The notes: generated by a model from the sequence alone, not told the origin. A stretch of DNA of 64,000 nt from Eledone cirrhosa (GCA_964016885.1 CAXHJY010000928.1:372001-436000); one strand, 5' to 3'; positions 12,054-24,593 are shown, numbered from the stretch's first letter. Numbers and translations are program-made.

Positions 12054-14395
12054 TTAGCTGTATACTTTATGGAATGTTCTGTGGAATTTATTCAAGAAGA
12101 GAGAAAACAAGTCAGTGCGTCTATTTATTATAGAATCTAAATTAGATATAATGGTAAATTTTTCATTTAGACAGAGATTGCAAGTCTTGGATAGAGAACT
12201 GTTCAAGTATAGAGAAGCAGAAGAAACCTTTTTCCAAGAGATGTTATATTTAATATTTTTGTCTTTCAAGGACCATATGAGTTCTGAGAGAGCCGTGTTG
12301 GTTCTTTTAAGTTTATATTTAAAAGACGAATGATGATTATAAAGACGAGCTTTAAAGGAGGTGGAAGTGGAGCCAAAATAGGTGAAGGAATTGGTGTCAG
12401 TTATAACTTTACATTCGTAGATTAAGTTTTTATCCAGACAATGGTTGTTGAGAGGACATTTATTTTTAACAGGGCAATTGCGATTAGAGAGATTATTAAC
12501 GAGTGACCTAGTGTTATCTATAGAGGGAATTGGATTGGAGAAGTTATTTGCGATAGGAATAATAGTTTCTTGATTTAGAATGGGATTAAGAACATTTAGT
12601 GAAGTTGTGTTTGACGTTGTATTTGGGTTTGCAGAAATTAGCCTAGGGTTTACAATGACGTCGGGAGTACTATTACTATTATTATGATATTCAGTGTTGG
12701 AAGGAAGAGATTTAGTATTTAGTATTTTATTGTTGTGTTTAGAGATAATGTTGGAAATGTTGGAGGATGTCGAATAGGAAAATTTTATAGTGTGTTTGTT
12801 AAATATTTTACTATAGATATGTGAGGGAGGGAAGCATTTATTTAAGGCACTAAAGAATAATTTAGGAATATTATTATTAATAGAGATGGAGAAAGGAGCA
12901 TTATACCAGATTATGTTTTTGTATCTAGGTCTTTTATTAAAGTTATTGGAATGATCATGATTAATTATTCTACTGTAAGATCTTCTAGAATTTGTTTCTT
13001 TATTATATTTGATTTTATCAGGATAGCCGGCTTTAGAAAGCGCGTTATTATAGTAATTGGCGTTAGCATCAAAGATGTTTTTATTAGAAGATAGGTTAGA
13101 TATTCTTTTTCCAATATTACTAACTATAGCATTCTTAATATTAGTGGGGTGGTTAGATTTAAAATTAACATAATTTAGATTCTCATTGTTTTTATGGTAA
13201 GGGTAATATAGGCCAGTGTCAAGATTAAGAGATACATCCAAGAAATTAGCTATTTTGATGCTGTTATCAAATTCAATTTTTAAGTTATGTTGGTTAAAGA
13301 GATTACGTATATTGTTCTTAATAATATTAAGGTTAACTATGTTGCAATTTAAGATAGTAAAGAGTTCATCGTCACGATAAATTCCACCGCGAAGTTGAGG
13401 AATTTTCCGACTCAAAGAGTTCAAAATAAAGATACCAATTAAATCTGTCAATTGGGATGAATCGGATGCTCCCATTGTGATGTCGAAGTTGTTAGAGGTA
13501 TCGGCTCTGGTCCAATATTCGTTGTTGAACTCTAGGATGGTTTTACGTGCGGTGAGAATGATGTGAAGTTCATCTGTGGTGATGTCAGAATATTTAAATG
13601 CGAAAGATAGAGCATTGCTGAGAAGTGAAGGCGAAATAGAAGAATAGTAGCTGGCAATATCAAATTGAACAAATTTTAGTTTGTTTTTATTATTCAATTT
13701 GTTGATCCAGCCAATCACTTCAGAAGTACCAAACCATAAATTTAAGTTCAAAGAAGAGCAATTAGAACGAACCTGTGGGATAATTCTATCCAAGATGGCT
13801 TTACTAACAACCCCCATTAATCTAACAGGTAGTTCAGTGCGAAAATTGTTTTTGTGATCCTTGAGAATTATCCTCGGAGTTCTTGAGAGGAATGGTTCGG
13901 TCTTTTTTCCGATGCCAAGTTTTGACATAATCTCAGAGGCTTCAAAGTTTATGGATTCTAAATTATCATGGTTGGTTTTACGATATTTTTTCCTAAGTTC
14001 CTTTAGGATAAGGTTGTTATAGTTATCCTTGGAAATACCATATAAAATATTGGTTTTGTCAGAGTGGACTAAAACATTTTTTGAGGAATTTAGGTTTGAA
14101 ATTGTGTTCTTGAGATTTACAAGGTGCTCTTGTCCTTTGTAAGGGTATCTCTTGAATTTAAGATTTTTTATAATTTTTGTTAACTCTTCCTCGAATTGCA
14201 CTAGATTTTTGTTGGAAGGAGGATTTCTTCTAGAATTAAATAGATGATCGAGGAAGTTATGTTCCTTGGTATAGAAGTTCCCTTTTAGGCGCTGGTCATA
14301 GAAATAAGCTATTCATCTAAGTCTTCTTACAAAGGAGTCAGTTTTTTCAATTAGAAGTTTGGTGAATTCAGATTTACCAGGCATAGGAATGTCTT
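12054..14395 (-). pseudogene. PLE-1 RT + GIY-YIG polyprotein with a premature stop near the N-terminus
   Basis: 715-aa ORF with HSDKT, QFDI..YY, DITMG, GIYRDD and LIYEC..YFGSTS. The upstream in-frame KDIPMP..FVRRLR*IAY has a W-to-stop change. Confidence 0.88.
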
Positions 14396-15019
14396 TTTTT
14401 TTTTTCTGACTTTCATGCTCATCTATTTCATCCTATCTTCTACTTTTTTCACAATACATCCTTACTTACATTACCTTTGCTATTTTTAATAATACATATC
14501 AACATTTTCTTTCAATCGCACATATTATTAAATCCTTAAATATTATTCTTAATACATATTAACATTTTCTTTCCATCGCACATATTATTAAACCCTTAAA
14601 TATTATTCTTAATACATATTAACAATTTCTTTTCATCGCACATATTATTAAACCCTTCAATATACAAACCTTAAATTAACATTATTTTTCTCTTCGTTAA
14701 TTTTCAAATTCTTTTTTTAATTTATATATTATCTTCCAACGGTTTTTCAACCTCTCTATGTAAAACAATATATTTTTCTCAGTTATAAAAACTATCTCTC
14801 TCTCTCTATCACCCATCTCTCCTATCTCATCCTTCCTCATTATACTCCTCCCCCTCCACTTTTTACTCTCATCTCCTCTTTTTCATCCTTTCCAACCTCC
14901 CCCTCCCCCCATAAATTTTGTTTTACCAATATCACACATCAATCTAAAACTACTTTTCATATGTTGATTTAAAACTGCACTATTCACAAGTGTTTTTTAA
15001 CCTTCATATCATGTCTTCC

Positions 15020-15090
15020 TATTTTATCTGATGAAAACACAAATGTTATTGCATGATGATATTTGTTTTTGAAATGCGCATAATAAAATA
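15020..15090 (+). ncRNA. Type-I hammerhead ribozyme in the inverted PLE-1 pLTR
   Basis: TATTTTAT CTGATGA AAACACAAATGTTAT..ATGATATTTGTTTTT GAAA TGCGCA TA ATAAAATA. Confidence 0.87.
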
Positions 15091-15442
15091 CATGGAACTC
15101 TTTTAACCATCTTTTGATCTTATATATTATATGTATATATATATCATCATCATCATCATCATCACCGTTTTACGTCCGTTCTTCCACGCTAGCATGGGTT
15201 AGACGGGTTGTCCTGTTGTGGGCAGTGTCTGGTCGGCTGACCATGCCTTGCTCATACAGGAACTGATCTGGCTTGATTTCTACAGCTGGATGCCCTTCCT
15301 AACACCAACCTCATTTACAGTGAGTGCTGGGTGCTTTTTCGTGGCGCCTACACGTCCACTTTACAGTGTGGGCTGGGTGCTTTTTTGCCGTGGCACCTCC
15401 ACGACCACCTTGCGGTGGGGGGGGGCATATTGTTTATATGCT

Positions 15443-18400
15443 TCAGCATGTACCCATGGGAGGTCGGGTACCCTGTATTACTGCGTGACGCCAGAAGTCA
15501 CGGTCGTGTGTCATTGACTTTGAGAGGTGTAGTTGGGTAAGGTCGGCTTTTATCACCTCATCCCAAGTCATCTTGGGTCTCCCCACTCCGCGGTTTCCAT
15601 CAACTTCTAGTGCTCTGCACCTTTTTATGCAGCTGTCATCCTTCATACGCATCACATGTCCATACCAGCGTAACCGCCTCTCCTGCACGCAGCATTTGAT
15701 TCCTCTTATGCTCAGTCTCTCTCTCAATTCATTTATGCTTTGTCGTTCACGTATATTACTGTTACACATCCATCGGAGCATGCAGGCTTCGTTTCTCTCT
15801 AATCTACGTAAGTCTTCCACCTTCAGCGCCCAGGTCTCACTACCATGCAACATCGCTGTTCGGATACACGCATCATACAGTCTGCCTTTCATTCTGAGGG
15901 AGAAGCCTTTTGCAGCTAGCAGTGGTAGTAGTTCCCTAAACTTCTTCCATCCCGTTCTTACCCTAGTTATTGTACTTTCTGAGCACCCACCTCCGTTGCT
16001 AATTCGGTCACCTAGGTAGCAGAAGCTGTCTACTGTTTCTACAGGGCCCTCCCAGAGATTGGTGGTACTTGTTTCCTGTGGCTGTTTGCTTGCTGTTTCA
16101 GCACAGCTGCTGCATGTGAATCCTACATTCTTAATTAAGCTTCCTGAGATCCCGCTACATCTCTTGTGTACCCATTGTTTGCATTTGGGGCAAAGAATGG
16201 AGTTCCTACCTACACCTTTCCTACATACTGAGCAAGGCCATTTCCCTGAGGGGATCTGGGTTCTGTTTTCTCGTCTACTTATAAGGACCTTAGTCTTTGT
16301 CATGTTGACTTTGAGGCCCTTTCTCTCTAGTCCCTGCTTCCAGGTTTGGAATTTATTCTCTAGTTCTACCATAGATTCAGCTATGAGTGCGAGGTCATCA
16401 GCATACAGGAGTTCCCATGGGCATCCGGTCTTAAACTCCTCCGTTATTGCCTGCAGGACTATGATGAACAGGAGAGGGCTAAGAACAGAGCCCTGGTGGA
16501 CCCCAACCTGTACGCTAAATTCCTCGCTATACTCATTGCCAATCCTAACTTTGCTGACTGCTCCCCTATACATGGCTTGTACCGCTTTCACAAGCCATTC
16601 ATCTACTCCTAGTTTTCTAAGAGCCCACCAGATTACTGCACGTGGAACTCTGTCAAAGGCTTTCTCAAGGTCGACAAATGCCAAGTAGAGTGGCTTACTT
16701 TTAGCTAGGTACTTTTCCTGTAATTGCCTCACAAGGAAGAGCGCATCAGTGGTGCCTTTCCCTGGAACAAACCCAAATTGCATCTCGTCTATATTCACCC
16801 GGTCCCTAATCAGCTGTGCTATAACTCTTTCTGTTACTTTCATGACCTGGTCCATCAACTTTATACCTCTATAGTTTCCTCTATCTAGTGCATCGCCTTT
16901 ACCTTTGTAGCAGTTGACAATGATGCTACTGCACCAATCTTTTGGTATGGCCCCCTCTAGTATTACCTGGTTAACGATACGTGTGGTTATAGTGTGACCT
17001 ACAGACCCAGATGCCTTCAGCATCTCGGCAGCTATACCCGATGGACCGGTTGCCTTCCCTATCTTCATATCTCTGATTGCCTTACTTACTACGCTGCCGC
17101 TGACTTGTACTGCTGGTCCCTCTATAGGGTCTACGTGGGGTAGGGTCTCTTCTTCCCATGCATTCTCCTCATTTAGTAATCTATCATAATGACTCTTCCA
17201 TGCATCTTTCTTCTCAGCACTTGTGAGGGCAAGCTCACCTTTATCATTCCGGATACACTTCTCTCCAATGACATCACAACTATCTCTGACACACTGCCTC
17301 GCAATCTTGAATACCTCCTGTTTCTGGTCCTCACGTTGTAAAACATGCTTGAATTTTCTATCCTCTGCTTCCCTCCTAGCTAAGTATACTTGTCGCCTAG
17401 CTTCCCTCTTGGTCTCTATGTAATGTACCCTGCTCCCCCCGTTCTTCCATTCTTTCCATGCCTGTCTCTTGGCCTTGACTGCTTCATCTACCTTATTGTT
17501 CCACCACCAAGTCACTCTCCTCCTGCTTGAGGTCTTTCTCCAGCCACAAACCTCATCCGTCGCCTCTAGTAAGTTATTTTTTAGGAACTCCCAGTTCTCT
17601 TCTACGTTAAATGTCTCTATCTGTTCTTCTTTACTGTCGTAGGCGTTGAGTAAAATATCTTTAAATCTGTTACTGGTTGAGGGGACTTTCAGCTTCCAGA
17701 TCTTTCTTCTCCAGGTTGGCCTCTGTTTCAGGGCTCGTCTAGTTCTGACCGTGAGGTCGCTGACAACTAAGCTATGTTGGGATGTACATTCCTCACTAGG
17801 GAAGGCTTTTGTGTTTACGACCGTCCATCTGTCACGTCCTCTGATGAGGATAAAATCTAACTGACTAGAGTGCTCCCCTGATCTATAGGTGATCAGGTGG
17901 TTGTCGGGTTTTTTAAAGTTTGTGTTACATATCGACATGTCATTGGCGTCGCAGAATTCTAGAAGTCTGAATCCTTCCTCATTCCTTGTGCCAACTCCAT
18001 GGCCTCCATGTACTCTATTGAAGCCGTCGCAGTGTTTACCTACGTGTCCGTTAAAATCTCCTGCAATGATTAGGAAGTCCTTGTCGTCTGTTAGAGCAGT
18101 AGTGTGTATTAGGGACTCGTAAAACCTATCCTTAAGTTCGTCTGGCAGCCCCGATTGGGGTGCGTAAGCTGATATTATTGTGGTAATTGTCTTATTCAGG
18201 ACTAGTCTGAGTTTAATGATTCTTGCATTTACCCTGTACACTGAGATTACTTTATCTACCCACTTGTCAGCTAATAGTATACCTACACCACCCATCCCAT
18301 CGTCATTTCCCACCCAGAAAAATTTGTAGCACTGGCTTTTTCCTACAAGGACTCTAGCAGACCCTCCTCTCCATCTAGTCTCTTGCACACAGCATACATC

Positions 18401-18562
18401 AACTTCCTTTCGCTCTAGCATTTCTACGATTTCTCCTGCTCTTCCTTTCATTGAGCCTACATTGATGGTACCAACTCGGAGTTTTGGGCATTTGTCGACA
18501 CTCGTAGGGGAGGGTCTCTGGGTTGGCGCTTCACGTGGGTGCTTGGTAGCTCGCAGATTCAT
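15443..18562 (-). CDS. RTE LINE ORF: AP endonuclease + reverse transcriptase + PHD-like Cys/His finger (1039 aa)
   Basis: TINVGS, VQETR, GDFNG, LDFIL, SQH (APE); [22 protein letters not shown] (RT); WPCSVC..CPKC..WVHKRC..CSSC; [17 protein letters not shown]-terminus. Confidence 0.95.
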   Translation of the reverse strand: MNLRATKHPREAPTQRPSPTSVDKCPKLRVGTINVGSMKGRAGEIVEMLERKEVDVCCVQETRWRGGSARVLVGKSQCYKFFWVGNDDGMGGVGILLADKWVDKVISVYRVNARIIKLRLVLNKTITTIISAYAPQSGLPDELKDRFYESLIHTTALTDDKDFLIIAGDFNGHVGKHCDGFNRVHGGHGVGTRNEEGFRLLEFCDANDMSICNTNFKKPDNHLITYRSGEHSSQLDFILIRGRDRWTVVNTKAFPSEECTSQHSLVVSDLTVRTRRALKQRPTWRRKIWKLKVPSTSNRFKDILLNAYDSKEEQIETFNVEENWEFLKNNLLEATDEVCGWRKTSSRRRVTWWWNNKVDEAVKAKRQAWKEWKNGGSRVHYIETKREARRQVYLARREAEDRKFKHVLQREDQKQEVFKIARQCVRDSCDVIGEKCIRNDKGELALTSAEKKDAWKSHYDRLLNEENAWEEETLPHVDPIEGPAVQVSGSVVSKAIRDMKIGKATGPSGIAAEMLKASGSVGHTITTRIVNQVILEGAIPKDWCSSIIVNCYKGKGDALDRGNYRGIKLMDQVMKVTERVIAQLIRDRVNIDEMQFGFVPGKGTTDALFLVRQLQEKYLAKSKPLYLAFVDLEKAFDRVPRAVIWWALRKLGVDEWLVKAVQAMYRGAVSKVRIGNEYSEEFSVQVGVHQGSVLSPLLFIIVLQAITEEFKTGCPWELLYADDLALIAESMVELENKFQTWKQGLERKGLKVNMTKTKVLISRRENRTQIPSGKWPCSVCRKGVGRNSILCPKCKQWVHKRCSGISGSLIKNVGFTCSSCAETASKQPQETSTTNLWEGPVETVDSFCYLGDRISNGGGCSESTITRVRTGWKKFRELLPLLAAKGFSLRMKGRLYDACIRTAMLHGSETWALKVEDLRRLERNEACMLRWMCNSNIRERQSINELRERLSIRGIKCCVQERRLRWYGHVMRMKDDSCIKRCRALEVDGNRGVGRPKMTWDEVIKADLTQLHLSKSMTHDRDFWRHAVIQGTRPPMGTC

Positions 18563-18806
18563 ATTTCATCTATTGATTCAGAGTTGCTCGTGTATTCCCA
18601 GCTCATCCATCCCTAACGGTGGGAAAATTGAGGGCTAGAAGGACAGTGGTGGTGGGGTAATGGCAGGGTGTGTTGGGATGCGCCAGAGGAGGAGAGAGTT
18701 AGTTAGGCAGGTAGTAGCAGCAGCAGCAGTAGAAATGGCATGCTAGGTTTGATTGGTCGAATAGACTATGGTGGTGTGTGGGGGTGGGGGGGAGGGAAAT
18801 TGTGAG

Positions 18807-20500
18807 GTAGGAACTGAGGGTCGCATGGTAAATATCCAAGTTAATACTACATCAGTAAAATTAACAATAATAACGTCATGAAAAAAGCTACTAAGAGAAA
18901 CCCTCGAAAATTTATCGCTAATACAGCAGGGAAAATTTAACGCTAATACAGCAGGGAACATCATAATATTAACGACATGAAAAAGCTACTAAGAGAAACC
19001 CTCGAAAATTTATCGCTAATACAGCAGGGAAAATTTAACGCTAATACAGCAGGGAACATCATAATATTAACGACAATATGTAGGCTAAAATACCTTCGTA
19101 GATTAGGTGGATGGCTGGCTGGGAAAATTTGAATCAGCTCTAGTGGTACATTTTAGCAGAGAAGAATGGCAAAGTGTCTTATCTCTTCAATATTTTCAGA
19201 TTGAATGAATTAGGTTAAAGACAGGGTAGTAAGCCTTAAAGAAGTGCATAGAGGGGGGGGGGTAGGAACTGAGGGTCGCATGGTAAATAACTGAGAGAGA
19301 TACAATAGGATTAGAATACCGCATGGTAAATATCCAAGTTAATAAGTTAATACTACATCAGTAAAATTAACAATAATAACGTCATGAAAAAAGCTACTAA
19401 GAGAAACCCTCGAAAATTTATCGCTAATACAGCAGGGAAAATTTAACGCTAATACAGCAGGGAACATCATAATATTAACGACATGAGAAAGCTACTAAGA
19501 GAAACCCTCGAAAATTTATCGCTAATACAGCAGGGAAAATTTAACGCTAATACAGCAGGGAACATCATAATATCATAATATTAACGACATGAAAAAGCTA
19601 CTAAGAGAAACCCTCGAAAATTTATCGCTAATACAGCAGGGAAAATTTAACGCTAATACAGCAGGGAACATCATAATATTAACGACAATATGTAGGCTAA
19701 AATACCTTCGTAGATTAGGTGGATGGCTGGCTGGGAAAATTTGAATCAGCTCTAGTGGTACATTTTAGCAGAGAAGAATGGCAAAGTGTCTTATCTCTTC
19801 AATATTTTCAGATTGAATGAATTAGGTTAAAGACAGGGTAGTAAGCCTTAAAGAAGTGCATAGAGGGGGGGGGTAGGAACTGAGGGTCGCATGGTAAATA
19901 ACTGAGAGAGATACAATAGGATTAGAATACCGCATGGTAAATATCCAAGTTAATAAGTTAATACTACATCAGTAAAATTAACAATAATAACGTCATGAAA
20001 AAAGCTACTAAGAGAAACCCTCGAAAATTTATCGCTAATACAGCAGGGAAAATTTAACGCTAATACAGCAGGGAACATCATAATATTAACGACATGAGAA
20101 AGCTACTAAGAGAAACCCTCGAAAATTTATCGCTAATACAGCAGGGAAAATTTAACGCTAATACAGCAGGGAACATCATAATATTAACGACAATATGTAG
20201 GCTAAAATACCTTCGTAGATTAGGTGGATGGCTGGCTGGGAAAATTTGAATCAGCTCTAGTGGTACATTTTAGCAGAGAAGAATGGCAAAGTGTCTTATC
20301 TCTTCAATATTTTCAGATTGAATGAATTAGGTTAAAGACAGGGTAGTAAGCCTTAAAGAAGTGCATAGAGGGGGGGGGGGGTAGGAACTGAGGGTCGCAT
20401 GGTAAATAACTGAGAGAGATACAATAGGATTAGAATACCGCATGGTAAATATCCAAGTTAATAAGTTAATACTACATCAGTAAAATTAACAACAATAACA
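18807..20500. repeat. Hierarchical tandem array: ~455/611/508-bp units containing 2-3 copies of a ~99-bp subunit
   Basis: GTAGGAACTGAGGGTCGCATGGTAAAT at 18807, 19262, 19873 and 20381; the subunit contains two CGCTAATACAGCAGGGAA copies. Confidence 0.92.
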
Positions 20501-20557
20501 ATATATGTATATATAATCAATAACAAAGAACGCCTATGGCATATGCATATCTTTACT

Positions 20558-20603
20558 TGCTAACATTGTTTCATCCGCACTATAAGTGGGACTCATCAGA
20601 GCA
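20558..20603 (-). ncRNA. Minimal type-I hammerhead ribozyme
   Basis: Exact reverse complement of 22179-22224. Confidence 0.82.
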
Positions 20604-22178
20604 TAAAGGTTGATTACATATCACACAAGCAATAACAAATCCAAGACATTGAAGAAATAAAGAATAAAAAATAATAAAAGATAAAAAATATTGAGGAAGT
20701 AAAAATAAAAATAAACATTGAAAAACAATTGAAAAATAAGGGGTGCTATCAGTCACAGTTGGGCGGGGTGCTGTCAACATATAGTTACATACAAGCATAC
20801 ACATGGATAAGAGAACAGACAAGAATAGATAAGATAGATAGGAGTAGGTAAGAATAGATAAAAAATAGGTGAAAAATAGGTAAAAAATAGACATATAATA
20901 TATATAAGAAAATATAAAAAACATACATATAAAATATACAGATAATAGTGATACAGGGTAAGGAATGAAATAAAATAAAATTAAATTAAATTAAAATTAA
21001 AATTATATAAAATAAAATATAATATAATATAATAATAAAATAAGATAAAATAAAATAAAATAAAATAAAATAAACTAAAATAAAATAATATAATATAAGA
21101 TATAATTAAATAAAATTAAATAAATAAAATTAAATAAAATGAAATGAAATAAAATAAAATAAAATAAAGTAAATTGAGATAAGATATATATTTTTTTAGA
21201 ATATATTTCTTGAATATATCAGGGGCCCGCGAAGGCCCTAAGTGTCACAGTTATCAGTATCACTTGACCATTGCAATGCAATGGAGACGTTCCAGGTTGG
21301 GCAGTCTCAAAAGTTCACTCGAAAGTCACGGGTGTGCATTCACACAGTTGAGCGGTGGGGTAATCACAAACCGGTTCACACCCGGGCAGGAGTCCAATGG
21401 TCAACAGAGGTACATCGAAGGAAGGTAGGAGAATTCACGTGCAGCAGCAAGAGGCAGACAAGTGGGCCGAAAGCAAGCAGGTGCAGGCGGGCTAGCCGAA
21501 AGCAAGCAAATACAGTTGGGTCAGGCGGGTTAATATGCATACTCAACAGCGCATACAAAAGATATATAAAAAATAGCTTCAAGAGCCAATATCATGAAGT
21601 CACCGCATTGGGACATCTCAAGATTATACACACCAATATGTTCTGCACGTATATGCACATATACACACCACATGCATATGCAGAGGCGGTATACATATAT
21701 ATATATTTTTATATACAGACATATACAACCACCTACACCCATACACATATAAATGTATACACAGACACACACGCACACACACACAGCGTAGGACACCCGG
21801 GTCAAAGCTGATATTAAACACAGAAATACCACATTAGGCAAGACCCACCACCACGGATAATACATTCAAAATAAATACATACGAGGAGATGCAGTAAAAT
21901 AAATCAAATTGAATTCCTACGAAGATAATCGTGTCCGCACGTGCCATTCCCCTTCTCTTATCCATGTGTATGCTTGTATGTAACTATATGTTGACAGCAC
22001 CCCGCCCAACTGTGACTGATAGCACCCCTTATTTTTCAATTGTTTTTCAATGTTTATTTTTCAATGTTTATTTTTATTTTTACTTCCTCAATATTTTTTA
22101 TCTTTTATTATTTTTTATTCTTTATTTCTTCAATGTCTTGGATTTGTTATTGCTTGTGTGATATGTAATCAACCTTTA

Positions 22179-22224
22179 TGCTCTGATGAGTCCCACTTAT
22201 AGTGCGGATGAAACAATGTTAGCA
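22179..22224 (+). ncRNA. Minimal type-I hammerhead ribozyme
   Basis: TGCT CTGATGA GTCCCAC TTATA GTGCGGAT GAAA C AAT G TT AGCA. Confidence 0.82.
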
Positions 22225-22456
22225 AGTAAAGATATGCATATGCCATAGGCGTTCTTTGTTATTGATTATATCACGGCTCTGTCCTCAGACATCGAGCTAA
22301 CCTTATACTGCCTGTTGGATAAGTGGAGTGTTATACACCCCTGATCCTCTCCCTAATATACTATATGTATATATATGTATGTATATATTTGTATATATAT
22401 ATATATGTATGTATATATATATTTGTATATATATATATGTATATATATGTATATAT

Positions 22457-23952
22457 AAGGTAAAGGGGATGCTCTGGAGAGGAGCAATTATAAGGTTATA
22501 AAACTGATAGATCAAGTTATGAAAGTGGCAGAAAGGATATTAGCACAACTAATTAGAGAAAGGGTCAAACTAGATGAGATGCAGTTTGGTTTTGTGCCTG
22601 GGAAGAGTACAACAGATGCCCTCTTCTTGGTGAGACAAATGCAAGAGAGGTTCTTAGAGAAGAATAAGCCACTATACTTAGCCTTTGTTGACCTAGAGAA
22701 GGCCTTTGATAGGGTACCCCGATCTGTCATCTGGTGGTCCCTAAGGAAGCTAGGTGTTGAGGAATGGCTTGTGAGGACAGTGCAAACTTTGTACAGAGGT
22801 ACTCTGAGTAAAGTCAGGGTAGGAATGGAGTTTAGTGAGGAATTCCAGATACAAGTAGGAGTACATCAAGGTTTGGTCCTCAGCCCGCTCTTGTTCATTA
22901 TAGTCCTCCAAGCCATAACAGAGGAGATTAAGACTAGCTGCCCATGGGAACTTCTCTATGTTGGCGATCTGGTTCTTATAGCAGAATCAGTAGAGGAGCT
23001 AGAGAATAAATTCTGGCTATGGAAACAGCAGTTGGAAGCAAGAGGACTGAGAGTGAACCTAGCTAAGACAAAAGTGTTGATGAGTAGAAAAGAGGACAAA
23101 ACACTGATTCCGTCAGGGAAATGGCCATGTTCGATATGCAGAAAAGGAACTGGCATAAATTTAATAAAATGCACACAATGCAGATCCTGGGTACACAAGA
23201 GATGTAGCGGGATAGCAGGCAAACTAACAGGTAGGGAGAAATATGTATGCAGTAGATGTACAGGGAAATTAGACAGTAGAAGTCGCATTGATAGACACAT
23301 TTTTCAAATGCAGGAGGGCGCTATAGAAGTGGTGGATAGCTTCCGGTACCTAGGAGATCAGATTAGCATGGGAGGAGGGTGTTCCGAGGCCATAGTATCT
23401 AGAATAAGGACGGGTTGGAAGAAGTTTAGGGAGCTGCTTCCACTGTTGACGAAGAAGGGTTTCTCCCTGCGTACGAAAGGCCGGTTGTATGATGCCTGTG
23501 TGAGGAGCGCAATGCTGCATGGTAGTGAGACATGGGTAGCAACTGCAGAGGATATGCGACGGCTGGAGAGAAATGAGGCAAGCATGCTCCGTTGGATGTG
23601 CAATATCAATGTGCATGAACGACCCAGCATAAATGTGTTGAGAGAGAAACTGTGTCTGAGAGGGATAGAATGTAGTGTACGGGAGAGGAGACTGAGGTGG
23701 TATGGACATGTGAAGCGCATGGAGGATGACCGATGGGTGAAGAAGTGCCAGGAATTGCCAGTTGAAGGAAGACGTGGTAGAGGTAGACCACGAAAAACAT
23801 GGGCGGAGGTGGTGAGAACAGACCTCAGATCATTGAAGCTCACGGGGGAGATGACGAGGGACCGTGACGAGTGGAGAGATGCTGTGCTGAATAAGACCCA
23901 TCCCACCCTTGCAAGCAGAGAAAAGCGGACGTAAAATGATGATGATGATGAT
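22457..23952 (+). mobile_element. RTE-clade LINE family C, 5'-truncated
   Basis: 471-aa ORF 22519-23934 with RT motifs (YADD mutated to YVGD) and the same Cys finger; the stop codon lies directly before a (GAT)n tail. Confidence 0.92.
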
Positions 23953-24227
23953 GTATGCATATATATATTTGTATATATATATGTATATATATGTATATAT
24001 ATATATATGTATATATATATATTTGTATATATATATATATATATTTATATATATGTATGTATGTATATATTTTTATATAATAGAAAATAGAATAGCTTTC
24101 ACTGTATTTTTGACTAAAGGAATTTTAGCCTGATAATGGGGTTTAGAACCCTCAGATAAATGGAAAAATATGAGTATTGACATACTTACTTGATATTTGT
24201 ATATATATATATGTATATATATGTATG

Positions 24228-24259
<32 letters not shown>

Positions 24260-24472
24260 TGTATACATATGTATATATATAAATATGTATATATATATGT
24301 ATATATGTGTATATGTATATATGTATATATATATATATGCATTAGTTAAGCAAAACAAGACCACAAACTTCACAAGGAAGACATTATTAAAAGATTGTCA
24401 ACATATTTTAGTTTGATGTAAGGAATGTAGAGAATAATAATAATAATAATAATATTAATAATAATAATGCCC

Positions 24473-24593
24473 GTTTACAACTCTTTCGCTACTCCGTATA
24501 ATATTTCTGGATCAGATGACCATGTATCATAATTGATCTGGTTCAGTTGAAAATAATTAACATATTTAAAAAAACAGAGTGGCTCATCGGAAC
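24473..24593 (-). ncRNA. Degenerate long-stem-II hammerhead candidate downstream of the PLE-3 ORF
   Basis: Minus strand: GTT CCGATGA GCCACTCTGT..ACGGAGTAGC GAAA GAGTTG TA AAC; one core change and a stem III mismatch. Confidence 0.45.

Larger units (their letters stand above)
10884..15122 (-). mobile_element. Penelope-like element family 1 with 3' pseudo-LTR and inverted 5' pseudo-LTR
   Basis: RT/GIY-YIG ORF in the middle; 14405-15122 is the reverse complement of ~10980-11700; TA-microsatellite flanks. Confidence 0.9.
15144..20500 (-). mobile_element. Full-length RTE-clade LINE family A (5' limit tentative)
   Basis: (GAT)n tail at ~15144, ~280-nt 3' UTR, intact ORF, and an upstream tandem-repeat region to ~20500. 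Confidence 0.8.
20512..22270. mobile_element. Non-coding element bounded by ~305-bp inverted pLTR-like arms carrying hammerheads
   Basis: 20512-20813 is the reverse complement of ~21955-22270; no recognisable protein between the arms. Confidence 0.75.

Noticed and set aside
15218-15540. Recurrent small ORFs containing WMPFLTPT
   Set aside because: Antisense readings of the shared RTE/SINE 3' UTR; starts and frames vary between copies.
16059-16688. Recurrent antisense ORFs opposite the RTE ORF (also 952-1269, 9359-9724, 28935-29336)
   Set aside because: Shadow frames of repeated LINE sequence with no independent motifs.
18807-20500. CRISPR-like regular repeats
   Set aside because: The intervening sequences are identical rather than unique spacers, there are no cas genes, and the context is eukaryotic.
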